Below, piece after piece: positions 55,397 to 64,000 of a stretch of DNA of 64,000 nucleotides. Location: positions 1 to 64,000 of IMG/VR virus record IMGVR_UViG_3300022868_000009; one strand, 5' to 3'. The notes under the pieces are model-generated. The model saw only the letters and a list, made by a program, of their open reading frames with translations. It was not told the origin of the DNA and searched no databases. Position 1 is the first letter of the stretch. The number at the start of each line of letters is the position of its first letter. A program made the position numbers and the translations under genes.

Positions 55397-56419
55397 TTAA
55401 TATTTTTTTAAATCATGTTCCATCATTATTTTAACCAATTCTTTAAATTTAACGGTTGGTTCCCAATCTAATTCTTCTATAGCTTTTGAATAATCACCTC
55501 TTAACAATTCTACTTCAGCAGGTCTGTAATATTTTGGATCTATACCAATTACTTTTCTATTTGTGTTTTTATCAATAGCATATTCATTTTCATTTTCTCC
55601 AAACCATTCTAATTCAATATCTGTATATTTTATTGATTCATCTATAAATTCTCTAATAGAATGTGTTTCATTGGTTGCTAAAACAAAATCGTCTGCTTTA
55701 GTATGTTCAAACATTTTTATTATTCCATCTGCGTAATCTGGACAATATCCCCAATCTCTTTTAGCATTAAGATTTCCTAATGTTAATACTTCAAATTCCT
55801 CGCCATTTTTTAGCGCACTATCAATTTTAGATAAAGCTATTGTTATTTTTTTTGTAACAAATGTTTCACCCCTTCTTGGTGATTCCATATTAAAACATAT
55901 CACATTACAAGCAAACATGTCATATGCATTTCTATATAATTTAGTCATATGATATCCATATAATTTAGCAACTGAATATGGTGACTGGCAATTCATAGGT
56001 GTTTCTTCATTTTGGGGTTGTTCTACAACTTTTCCAAATAATTCAGATGTTGACATTTGTATTATTTTACAATTTGGTACATGTTTTCTAGCTGCTTCTA
56101 AAACAGATAAAGTTCCAAGTGCATCAACTTGACTTGTATACATTGGTATCTCAAATGATACATGAACATGTGATTGCGCCGCCGCATTTAAAATATAATC
56201 TGGTTTGACTTTATGAACTATACTATCTATTGAAAGATGATCAGTTAAATCTCCATAATAGAGATTTAATTCATTAAAAATATGATCTATTCTTTTGGTA
56301 TTAAAACTTGAACTTTTTCTTATTATACCATGAACTTCATAGTCTAATTTTAGAAATTTTTCTGCTAAGTATGAACCCAATTGACCAGTCACACCGGTTA
56401 AGAGTATTTTCTTTTTCAT
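55397..56419 (-). CDS. gmd: GDP-mannose 4,6-dehydratase
   Basis: LLTGVTGQLGSYL, AAQSHV.VSF, STSELFG, SPYSVAK, FNMESPRRGETFVTKKI, LGNL.AKRDWG. Confidence 0.95.
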   Translation of the reverse strand: MKKKILLTGVTGQLGSYLAEKFLKLDYEVHGIIRKSSSFNTKRIDHIFNELNLYYGDLTDHLSIDSIVHKVKPDYILNAAAQSHVHVSFEIPMYTSQVDALGTLSVLEAARKHVPNCKIIQMSTSELFGKVVEQPQNEETPMNCQSPYSVAKLYGYHMTKLYRNAYDMFACNVICFNMESPRRGETFVTKKITIALSKIDSALKNGEEFEVLTLGNLNAKRDWGYCPDYADGIIKMFEHTKADDFVLATNETHSIREFIDESIKYTDIELEWFGENENEYAIDKNTNRKVIGIDPKYYRPAEVELLRGDYSKAIEELDWEPTVKFKELVKIMMEHDLKKY

Positions 56420-56438
56420 TTTTTCTTTTCTTTTCTTT

Positions 56439-57308
56439 TTATATCTCAATTTGAGATTTTTTCCATTTATATAAATATTCTTGTTGTATTTTTACATCTT
56501 GCGAAATCCATTTCAAAAATTTTATACTATCAGCTTTATAGAATCTAATTCTATTTCTTGTTGTTACATTTGTTCTAAACCCGAGTTTTTTGAATTTTTC
56601 AACCATTATAATTAAATCATCTTTTGTAAAACTATCTGTACATAAATAAACCACATCCCTACTAATATAACCATCACAAACATACCACCAATAGGATGAT
56701 ATCGATGTTAGTATATAATCTTTTGGTATTATTTTTTCACCATTTGGATACCATCGTTCATATTCAAAATATAAATTTCTATATGAATTACTTTTTGTGA
56801 AAAAATGTAAAGAATCACAATTCGTTTTTTTATTCTTTGTTAAATATTTCCAAGGTTCTAAAAAAGACATAGATGGTAAATCTTCAATAATTCTTTCTAA
56901 TGTCTGTAAATATTTAAATCCTAATGTAAATCTTGCTGATATAGTTGATTGTGATAATGAACCATCAGAAATCATAATACCATCAAATATTTCTTTTTCT
57001 TTGTCTGTAAAAGAAACATATTTATATCTACTTTCATCCCACTTAGAAGATTCTGACATCTGTTTTTTTGATTCATTTGTATGTGATTTACCATAAAAAG
57101 GATTATTTTCTCCGGAATTTTTAATAGACATTTTATTTTTCCACTCTTCTGTGTGTTTTTTGCCTTTATTATTCAGACCGTTTTGTGTCTTAGCACATTT
57201 ACCACCACAAAAACGTTTTTTTGATTCTCTTTTAAGATTTAAATTGACTTTAAATTCCTTTTCACAATATTCACATTTTTTTATTACAATGTTTTTTATT
57301 TTTGACAT
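56439..57308 (-). CDS. LAGLIDADG homing endonuclease with NUMOD3 repeats
   Basis: KGKKHTEEWK and FYGKSHTNESK NUMOD3; IFDGIMISDGSL and WWYVCDG LAGLIDADG-like helices. Confidence 0.8.
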   Translation of the reverse strand: MSKIKNIVIKKCEYCEKEFKVNLNLKRESKKRFCGGKCAKTQNGLNNKGKKHTEEWKNKMSIKNSGENNPFYGKSHTNESKKQMSESSKWDESRYKYVSFTDKEKEIFDGIMISDGSLSQSTISARFTLGFKYLQTLERIIEDLPSMSFLEPWKYLTKNKKTNCDSLHFFTKSNSYRNLYFEYERWYPNGEKIIPKDYILTSISSYWWYVCDGYISRDVVYLCTDSFTKDDLIIMVEKFKKLGFRTNVTTRNRIRFYKADSIKFLKWISQDVKIQQEYLYKWKKSQIEI

Positions 57309-57371
57309 ATTATTATATATAAAATTATCAACCCAATGATGCCAATTATTAATGATTTTTTAAATATTTTT

Positions 57372-58214
57372 TTAAATGTTTTCATTTATTATTTCTATTA
57401 TCTGTTGGGCTCTATTAAAATATGTATGATTTTCTTTTACATATTTATATCCTTCTTCAGATATTTTCTTTCTTATTTCTTCATTTTCGATATAGTAAGT
57501 AATTTTATCAAATAAATCTTCCTTGGAAGTATAAATGTCGAGATGTTTACCTATATCAAAAAGGTTTTCAAGATTTTCAGTTTTATTTGTCAATAAGAAA
57601 GTATTGCAACCTAGTGTTTCAAATGTTCTATAATTTAAATCATCTGACATATTACGGTTGAAATGTATTTTATAAGAGTTTATAGCATTGACCATATCAT
57701 CACCAATAACAAAGATATCATTTTTGATATTTGGTATAGAATCAATCCAATCTTTTCTGTTGACATAATTACCACAGAAACCAACATTGTGTATTTTTTC
57801 AATTTCTGGTTTATAATCTATAAGATCAGAAGGATATGCATTTGGTAGATAATAACATTTTTGTTTTTTGAAAAATCTTGAATGTGATTCAATTGCGTTT
57901 AAAACCACCTCAAAATTATTATTAGAACAAATTAAAGCATGTTGTTGAGGTACGACATGTGAATCAATAGACCAAAATAATTTTAGACCTTTGAAATCTT
58001 TCATGTTTGGTAACCAACCACTATTATAATTTTCTATACATAATAATGCATCACAATCTTCTGATATTTCTTCAAAAGGTATATTTGAATAATTTAAACC
58101 CCAAACAACTGAATCTATATTTAGTTTATCGAAAGCTCTTTTAAAGTTTAGAGATTCTCTAAATTTCCTGTTTTTTTCGTGTCGTCCTTGTTCTTGTATT
58201 ATTAATATTTTCAT
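57372..58214 (-). CDS. Glycosyltransferase (GT-B, CgeB/Glyco_trans_1_2-like)
   Basis: VGFCGN, KIHFN, NYRTFETLGCNTFLLT, GYKYVKENHTY.NR. Confidence 0.8.
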   Translation of the reverse strand: MKILIIQEQGRHEKNRKFRESLNFKRAFDKLNIDSVVWGLNYSNIPFEEISEDCDALLCIENYNSGWLPNMKDFKGLKLFWSIDSHVVPQQHALICSNNNFEVVLNAIESHSRFFKKQKCYYLPNAYPSDLIDYKPEIEKIHNVGFCGNYVNRKDWIDSIPNIKNDIFVIGDDMVNAINSYKIHFNRNMSDDLNYRTFETLGCNTFLLTNKTENLENLFDIGKHLDIYTSKEDLFDKITYYIENEEIRKKISEEGYKYVKENHTYFNRAQQIIEIINENI

Positions 58215-58225
58215 ATTACTTCAGT

Positions 58226-59014
58226 TTATTTTAATATCCAATTATGTTTAGATTTTGATACATTTTTCGTTCTTATTGTATAAAGGTACAATTTATTATC
58301 TAAATTTAATGAATCTGCTAAAGATTTAAAAGATGAATCCATACAATGTACTTCTTTAGCATTTTCAATTATATAACAATAATCAAGTATATTATCTGTT
58401 AAACCTAATTCAGGTTTTATTATTTTTAAATCTGTATCTATATTTATTTTTAAACCTCTACTTACATCATCATGTAAAAAACAATAATTATTTTCTTCAA
58501 TATTGAAGTGTTTGAATAATTCTTTTTCTTTTGAAATATCTCTATTTATTTTAAATTTTGACCATCTATAATCAAATGGAATATTTAAAGAATCATAGAA
58601 ATTCACGTCAAAATCCATACTTGAATCGTTAATATTTGTTACTCTAATTACTTCTTTGTTTGTTGGACCAATAAATGGACAATATGCATTAATAAAACCT
58701 TTTTTGTGTATATATTTATCAGCGTTAGGTGTTTCATTATACCATTTATAAAAATTGGAATTTTCTTCAGTAAAATAACCTTCAAATTTTATTGGTTCAT
58801 CAACAGATACTTGTTTTATTGATGTTTTTGCATCTTTACCCCAACACCAAATAATTAAATTGAGATTTTTAATATCTTTAAACATACTTTTCACTGATAT
58901 TTCATTATTTTTAGCTACTATCAAATTTATATAATTGTATTCTTCACATAAATTTCTTATTAGACCATTACATATTATCATGTCTCCTAATCCTTGATGT
59001 ACCATTAAATCCAT
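58226..59014 (-). CDS. Putative glycosyltransferase-like protein
   Basis: HQGLGDMIICNG start, IIENAKEVHCMDSSF; context. Confidence 0.5.
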   Translation of the reverse strand: MDLMVHQGLGDMIICNGLIRNLCEEYNYINLIVAKNNEISVKSMFKDIKNLNLIIWCWGKDAKTSIKQVSVDEPIKFEGYFTEENSNFYKWYNETPNADKYIHKKGFINAYCPFIGPTNKEVIRVTNINDSSMDFDVNFYDSLNIPFDYRWSKFKINRDISKEKELFKHFNIEENNYCFLHDDVSRGLKINIDTDLKIIKPELGLTDNILDYCYIIENAKEVHCMDSSFKSLADSLNLDNKLYLYTIRTKNVSKSKHNWILK

Positions 59015-59028
59015 TTGTTTCCTTATTT

Positions 59029-59448
59029 TTAATATTCTATTATTGAATCGCTACACACACCTAGAATATTTCCTAGGTTTTGTTTTTCTGGCATTACACA
59101 AATCGAACTTGTTGTCAATTCTTTACCAGGAAATGTCCATAATATATTTTTACTTGTTAATGTAATATCATCTTCTTGATGAAAAAAACAATGTATATTT
59201 TCTTCAAGTAACATTTGATATAAAGTTTGTATATCCTTAGCATGACACCAAAATTTTTCATTTTTAAGAAATTCAACATTAATAATATATTGTGGTTCAT
59301 CATGACCTAAATAATAAACATCATCAATAAACCATACATCTATTTCAACATCATATCCTAATTCTAATGCTTCTTTTATATAATCTGGTGAATTTTCTCT
59401 TTCTGGTATTCTACCATTTAAATTACCTCTATGTGATATTAATTTCAT
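59029..59448 (-). CDS. GDPD/PLC-like phosphodiesterase
   Basis: ISHRGN, EN, DVEIDVW, LGHD, WCHAK. Confidence 0.75.
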   Translation of the reverse strand: MKLISHRGNLNGRIPERENSPDYIKEALELGYDVEIDVWFIDDVYYLGHDEPQYIINVEFLKNEKFWCHAKDIQTLYQMLLEENIHCFFHQEDDITLTSKNILWTFPGKELTTSSICVMPEKQNLGNILGVCSDSIIEY

Positions 59449-59765
59449 TTTAAATATTTATCGTTTTTAGAACTTGGTGTTTTCACACAACAAGTTACAA
59501 CATCTGTAAGACACTCAAAATCGGTGTATTCACCTGGTTCTATTACTATTATATCATCATCAGTGTATTTTTTACCATTCATTATAACAGTACCAGTAAT
59601 TATTATTGTATATTCTGTTGATATTTTGTGTACATGTGATTCTTCATAATCAGCTTTTTTATACCGCTTTATAGCAACTTCAAAATCATCAGTATTATCT
59701 AAAGTTGGTTCAAAGTTTCCAATAAACCAACCTTTGAAGAAATTATTTAAATTAGATTTTATCAT
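59445..59765 (-). CDS. Cupin-fold protein
   Basis: GWFIGNF, HVHK..TEY, IEPGE. Confidence 0.7.
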   Translation of the reverse strand: MIKSNLNNFFKGWFIGNFEPTLDNTDDFEVAIKRYKKADYEESHVHKISTEYTIIITGTVIMNGKKYTDDDIIVIEPGEYTDFECLTDVVTCCVKTPSSKNDKYLK

Positions 59766-60669
59766 ATAACTCTTCTATTATTTTTTGTTTATCTTGTCCT
59801 ATTGTATTATAAGCCATATGAATACAAAAACCATTTTTAATAAATACCATATTTAAGTTGTATCTATCTTTATAGATATTTAATGGCACTTCATCAAAAG
59901 GATCTCTAAACAATGATGCATCTTCAATAATCTTTTTCCACACATTAGTTTTAATAAAATAAAAACTATTACAAAAATATGGTCTTTTAACTATTTCCAA
60001 ATCATATTCTTGTTTACTGAAAAATTTATCTTTATTATTAATTATTATTTCTGCAAGTTTAATCTGTCCTTCATAAGATATTCTTATAGGATGAACACCT
60101 TTATAATAGTGTTTTAATTTAGAAACCATATCATAATATGTGTCTGGTGACCATTCATCCTCATATCTTAATGAATTTAATTCTGTATAATTTGCTCCCC
60201 ACATGTTTGGAATATGTGTATTTTTAAATAAATCATAGAAATAATTTTTTTCTTCACTCGAGCAAAAATCTCTAATAAACATTTCAACACTTGGTATACC
60301 ATTTGATATTAATGGTGCAACAAATAAATTATTTTCGTCTTGCAAAATATCTATATTTTCTATAATATAATCCCACAAATATTCATTTATCATAATATCA
60401 TCATCCATAGAACATGAGTATTCACAATCAGATGTTATGAATTTTTTTATTTTACTCATATAATCACCAGATTTCGTATATACTATTTCTGTGTTTATTC
60501 CATCAGATATAAAGTCTGATTTTAATTGTTGCCAAATATCTACATCATTAGAATAGTTAATTAGTAATTTTATTTTATCTTTATTTTTTATCTTTTTTAA
60601 GAAAGATAAAGATTTTTTAGAAAATTCTAATCTACTACTACTATGTGCTAAATAATTAATTTGTATCAT
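59752..60669 (-). CDS. Putative GT-A glycosyltransferase
   Basis: MDDDI DxD-like motif; context. Confidence 0.55.
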   Translation of the reverse strand: MIQINYLAHSSSRLEFSKKSLSFLKKIKNKDKIKLLINYSNDVDIWQQLKSDFISDGINTEIVYTKSGDYMSKIKKFITSDCEYSCSMDDDIMINEYLWDYIIENIDILQDENNLFVAPLISNGIPSVEMFIRDFCSSEEKNYFYDLFKNTHIPNMWGANYTELNSLRYEDEWSPDTYYDMVSKLKHYYKGVHPIRISYEGQIKLAEIIINNKDKFFSKQEYDLEIVKRPYFCNSFYFIKTNVWKKIIEDASLFRDPFDEVPLNIYKDRYNLNMVFIKNGFCIHMAYNTIGQDKQKIIEELYDKI

Positions 60670-61348
60670 TTTTTTTTGTTTTTTTTGATAAATTTATTAT
60701 TTGGTATGGTTCTATAAAAATATTTTCTATCACATCATAACCACAATATTCGAACATTTTCTTCACTGTATGTTCTGTGAATGTGTGATGGTGCATAACT
60801 CGGGTATCAATATTATTTAAACATAATTCTTTCCAATTTGGATTATTTCTCCAAGGATGGTTTTTATTATTTAAATTATCATAAAAATGGTTATCATCTT
60901 TTTCATCCACAGAATTCATGAAATCCTCTATCAAATGATCAATGGTTGTTTCTTCCCTATCCTTATCAAAACAATACCTATAATCTGGAATAATACAAAA
61001 AATATAACCATCATCGTTCAATAGATTACTCCATTTTTTAATGACCTTTATAGGATTTGCAATGTGTTCTATTACATGAGAAGTTAATATAAAATCATAT
61101 TTTTTTTCTATTTTATCAACATTAACACAGTCGATATTGTATTGCGTACCCACTTTATTATTATAAATAAATTTATTGTTTAAATTTTTTTGAAATACAT
61201 TATTATCAAAAATATTACCACCATCCAAAGTAACATAATCGTAAAAACTTTTACCATTAACTTTGAGTAATCTATCATTAAATAAATCACTCGGACCACC
61301 AAATTCTATGCCAAATTTTCCATCCAATTCTTCAACAACTACTTTCAT
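60656..61348 (-). CDS. Class I SAM-dependent methyltransferase
   Basis: GIEFGG, YDFILTSHVIEHIANP, IIPD. Confidence 0.8.
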   Translation of the reverse strand: MKVVVEELDGKFGIEFGGPSDLFNDRLLKVNGKSFYDYVTLDGGNIFDNNVFQKNLNNKFIYNNKVGTQYNIDCVNVDKIEKKYDFILTSHVIEHIANPIKVIKKWSNLLNDDGYIFCIIPDYRYCFDKDREETTIDHLIEDFMNSVDEKDDNHFYDNLNNKNHPWRNNPNWKELCLNNIDTRVMHHHTFTEHTVKKMFEYCGYDVIENIFIEPYQIINLSKKTKKNDTN

Positions 61349-62183
61349 ATATAAATATTTTATTTTTTAATTCAATCACATTTGAATTTTTCTTTGCGAT
61401 AGATAGACTAGGGTAGTATATTAAATTATTAAATGATTCAATATCTATACAAACATTTTGTTCATTTATGTGTTTATATGGCGACACAATAACATCATTA
61501 AAACCAGAATCATATAATGATCTGAAAAAATCATATTCATCTGAAACATATTTACCATTTGGCGATAATTTAGGAAAATATTTTTTTTCTAAAAGTTGAG
61601 TAATATGGTTCTTTTCAGATGCATCAAAACCTAAACTTAATTTGTTTCCAATTTGAATACCGAAATAACCCGTTTCTGTTAGTTGATCACCAATCTTCAT
61701 TTCACCATCATGGTCATTTTTAAATATCCAATCATTTTTTCTTAAGCACTCCGACTTCGCCCACCAAAAAGGTGCCCTCAGGTGAGATTCATGTGGATAT
61801 CCTTTACCACCATTAAATATCTGACTTGCACCAAATCCCAATTTATCATTAGAATACATCACACTTATTATATTATCTAACCAATTATCTCGCTTTAAAT
61901 ATACATCATCCGACAAAAAAATAAAAAAATCATATAATCTTTCATATTTAGAATAAAAATATCTATATGCTCCAAAAGCTCTATATTCTACATCTTTACC
62001 ATTTATAATCTTATTTTCTAAAATAACTTTACCATTTTTGTTTATGATATCAGGTATCAAGCCTCTACCATCTCTATGTACAATTATTAAATCATGTGAA
62101 ATATCCACATCCAATTCACTATACGTTTTATATAAAACCGTTTCGAATGAATCACCTACTAACATTATTATTGCTATTTTCAT
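61332..62183 (-). CDS. Putative GT-A glycosyltransferase
   Basis: FIFLSDDV motif; ATG at 62183 overlaps the upstream stop (ATGA). Confidence 0.55.
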   Translation of the reverse strand: MKIAIIMLVGDSFETVLYKTYSELDVDISHDLIIVHRDGRGLIPDIINKNGKVILENKIINGKDVEYRAFGAYRYFYSKYERLYDFFIFLSDDVYLKRDNWLDNIISVMYSNDKLGFGASQIFNGGKGYPHESHLRAPFWWAKSECLRKNDWIFKNDHDGEMKIGDQLTETGYFGIQIGNKLSLGFDASEKNHITQLLEKKYFPKLSPNGKYVSDEYDFFRSLYDSGFNDVIVSPYKHINEQNVCIDIESFNNLIYYPSLSIAKKNSNVIELKNKIFIYESSC

Positions 62184-63532
62184 CTTTTTAAAAAAACATT
62201 TAAATCTTCTGGTGTGCCTAATCCCCACATTTTTTCAATATTAAATATTTTTATTTTTTTATTTTCTTTTATATATTCATTATAGACGGGTGCAACATAA
62301 AACTCTCCATTTACTCTTATATCTTTTTGTATCATTTGTTCAGCATATTTCACATAATCTGAACCTTTAGACCAATAATATATTCCAACTGTTGCAATAT
62401 CTGATATTGGTTTCTTTTCGGCAACCTCTATAACATTCTCATTTTCGTCCAATTTAGCAAAACTCCACTTTGGATGAGTTGATTTAAACGTCAACATACC
62501 ACCATCAGCCTTAGTTTCTACCATCTTATAATAAAAATCGATTGGATTCCATTCTACAAATTGATCAGAATTAGCAATCAATAATGGTTTATCATTATTA
62601 ATAAATTCTTTTGCCAATAATGTTGTGCAAGCAGCACCTTCAGTAAGACTATCAACTTGAACTATATTACATTTTGGTGTAATCAAATTCAATAAATATG
62701 TTAAATTATATTTTTCATAATGTTCTTTCTGAACTACATAAGTATAATTAGCATCAAAACCTAGATTATCTACAACTACCTGAATCATTGGTTTTCCATT
62801 AACTTCTATTAATGGTTTTGGAAATGTGTAACCTGCCTGTTGGAATCTACTTCCTGCACCAGCCATTGGTATTAAGACATTCAAATCTTTCATTTCAATT
62901 TTTTCTTCTTCTTTATTCATATTTATTTTATTATTCAATTTTTCTAATGTTAAATCTTGTGGATTTTTAACAATTAGTAAATTTGCACCACTATTTCTAG
63001 CTGATTCAATGCCTCTTGGACTATCTTCCACAATAAGTGTCTCTCTAGGATTAATTCCTGCATGAGCCATACACCTCAAATATATTTCAGCATTTGGCTT
63101 TGGAATATTAACATCTTCGTTAGATAAATAATAATCAACATATTCTATTAAACCAGTTTTATATAACAACAATTTAACTGTTTCTCTTATTGCATTCGAT
63201 GCACAATATATTTTATAATCTTTTTCTTTTAAAGTTTTTAATAAATTTACTAATCTTTCATCTCTTTTAATATTACTACGAATTAATTCAAAAGTTAATT
63301 TTTGTTTTTCATCATAGATTTCTTTATGTAATTCTGATGGTAAACCTTTTTCATCTGTAAGCATTTTCAATTTTCTACCAGTCGGCAAACCATCATATCT
63401 ATTATAATGTTCATCTAATGTGATAATATATTTTTCTTGACTTATTTTTTTAATTGCATCGTTTAATGAGTCATAATGTAAATCTTTAGTTTCAACTAAT
63501 ACACCATCTAAATCAAATATTATCAATTTCAT
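62180..63532 (-). CDS. HAD phosphatase fused to an NTP-sugar nucleotidyltransferase-like domain
   Basis: IIFDLDGVL, CASN, KP..EIY, IVEDS; then LIPMAGAGSRF...PKPLI, GAACT, LLIANSDQ, GLGTPEDL. Confidence 0.85.
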   Translation of the reverse strand: MKLIIFDLDGVLVETKDLHYDSLNDAIKKISQEKYIITLDEHYNRYDGLPTGRKLKMLTDEKGLPSELHKEIYDEKQKLTFELIRSNIKRDERLVNLLKTLKEKDYKIYCASNAIRETVKLLLYKTGLIEYVDYYLSNEDVNIPKPNAEIYLRCMAHAGINPRETLIVEDSPRGIESARNSGANLLIVKNPQDLTLEKLNNKINMNKEEEKIEMKDLNVLIPMAGAGSRFQQAGYTFPKPLIEVNGKPMIQVVVDNLGFDANYTYVVQKEHYEKYNLTYLLNLITPKCNIVQVDSLTEGAACTTLLAKEFINNDKPLLIANSDQFVEWNPIDFYYKMVETKADGGMLTFKSTHPKWSFAKLDENENVIEVAEKKPISDIATVGIYYWSKGSDYVKYAEQMIQKDIRVNGEFYVAPVYNEYIKENKKIKIFNIEKMWGLGTPEDLNVFLKR

Positions 63533-64000
63533 TCCATTTTATATTATTTTTTTTAAAAAAATCAAATAATTTTTCTTCACCATTTAAATTTTCTATTTGA
63601 TCCAATGATATAGTATTTAATATTAAATTTTCTTTTTCACTCGAAAAAGTAAAAATCTTATCCTTTTGTTTTAATAATTTAACTGTCGAAAATTTATTCA
63701 TACTAAATTCATTATTTTTTTTAACTCTATAAGACCATTCTACATCTTCACCTTCACCCCAACAAAGATTATCGTTTAATAGATATTTAAACATCATTTC
63801 TTTTTTAGCAACCCAATAAGATCCAGAAAAATACATCAATTTACTTAAATGTTCCATCTCATATGGTATTAACAAACCACTAACTAAATTTTCACAATCA
63901 TAAGACCATAATGTCCAATCCCTGTATCTAGAACCATCTAAATTTTGTATCTTATTCATACAAAATGAAAAATAATCACCGTATTCTAAAAAACCTTCAT
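63513..64000 (-). CDS. Putative glycosyltransferase, partial (likely starts beyond the window end)
   Basis: RYRDW, SGSYWVAKK, WGEGEDVEWS; context. Confidence 0.5.
   Translation of the reverse strand, partial: EGFLEYGDYFSFCMNKIQNLDGSRYRDWTLWSYDCENLVSGLLIPYEMEHLSKLMYFSGSYWVAKKEMMFKYLLNDNLCWGEGEDVEWSYRVKKNNEFSMNKFSTVKLLKQKDKIFTFSSEKENLILNTISLDQIENLNGEEKLFDFFKKNNIKWNEIDNI

Noticed and set aside
56439-57308. Group I intron around the LAGLIDADG gene
   Set aside because: The flanking gmd and glycosyltransferase genes appear intact and no intron core was recognisable; treated as free-standing
50208-62244. Plus-strand ORFs 50208, 54576, 56797, 57151, 57663, 62038 and minus-strand 52087
   Set aside because: Shadows of or nested within supported genes

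Overview
Very AT-rich segment of a T4-related jumbo phage genome; the host is inferred to be a Bacteroidota member from T9SS-type cargo proteins and A-rich, SD-less translation starts. It holds: a head/neck/tail-completion module (gp23 capsid, gp21 protease fused to a repeat scaffold, gp20 portal, gp55 late sigma, gp4, gp2, gp15) with Hef-like endonucleases; many accessory genes sharing a capsid-targeting-like N-terminus (MKYLKTYE) and/or a C-terminal KLGLL motif, including two IpaH/YopM-type LRR proteins and two ART-fold proteins; a nicotinamidase-vWA-PP2C-kinase (TerY-P-like) operon; dam and thioredoxin; a block of signal-peptide/T9SS-CTD proteins; a tRNA array (12 intact-looking tRNAs including one without a D arm, plus 2 degenerate ones) with three HNH endonucleases; CoaD/CoaE; an NAD+-dependent ligase; lipoproteins; and a GDP-fucose/glycosyltransferase cluster. 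The two strongest novel signals are (1) an RF1-type (PxT, GGQ) release factor gene split by a prfB-like CTT-TAG-C +1 frameshift site, suggesting UAG-sensing autoregulation, and (2) two related leader-peptide/antiterminator/terminator elements inside the tRNA array that look like ribosome-mediated attenuators controlling tRNA genes. All assignments come from motif recognition by eye; no database searches were run.
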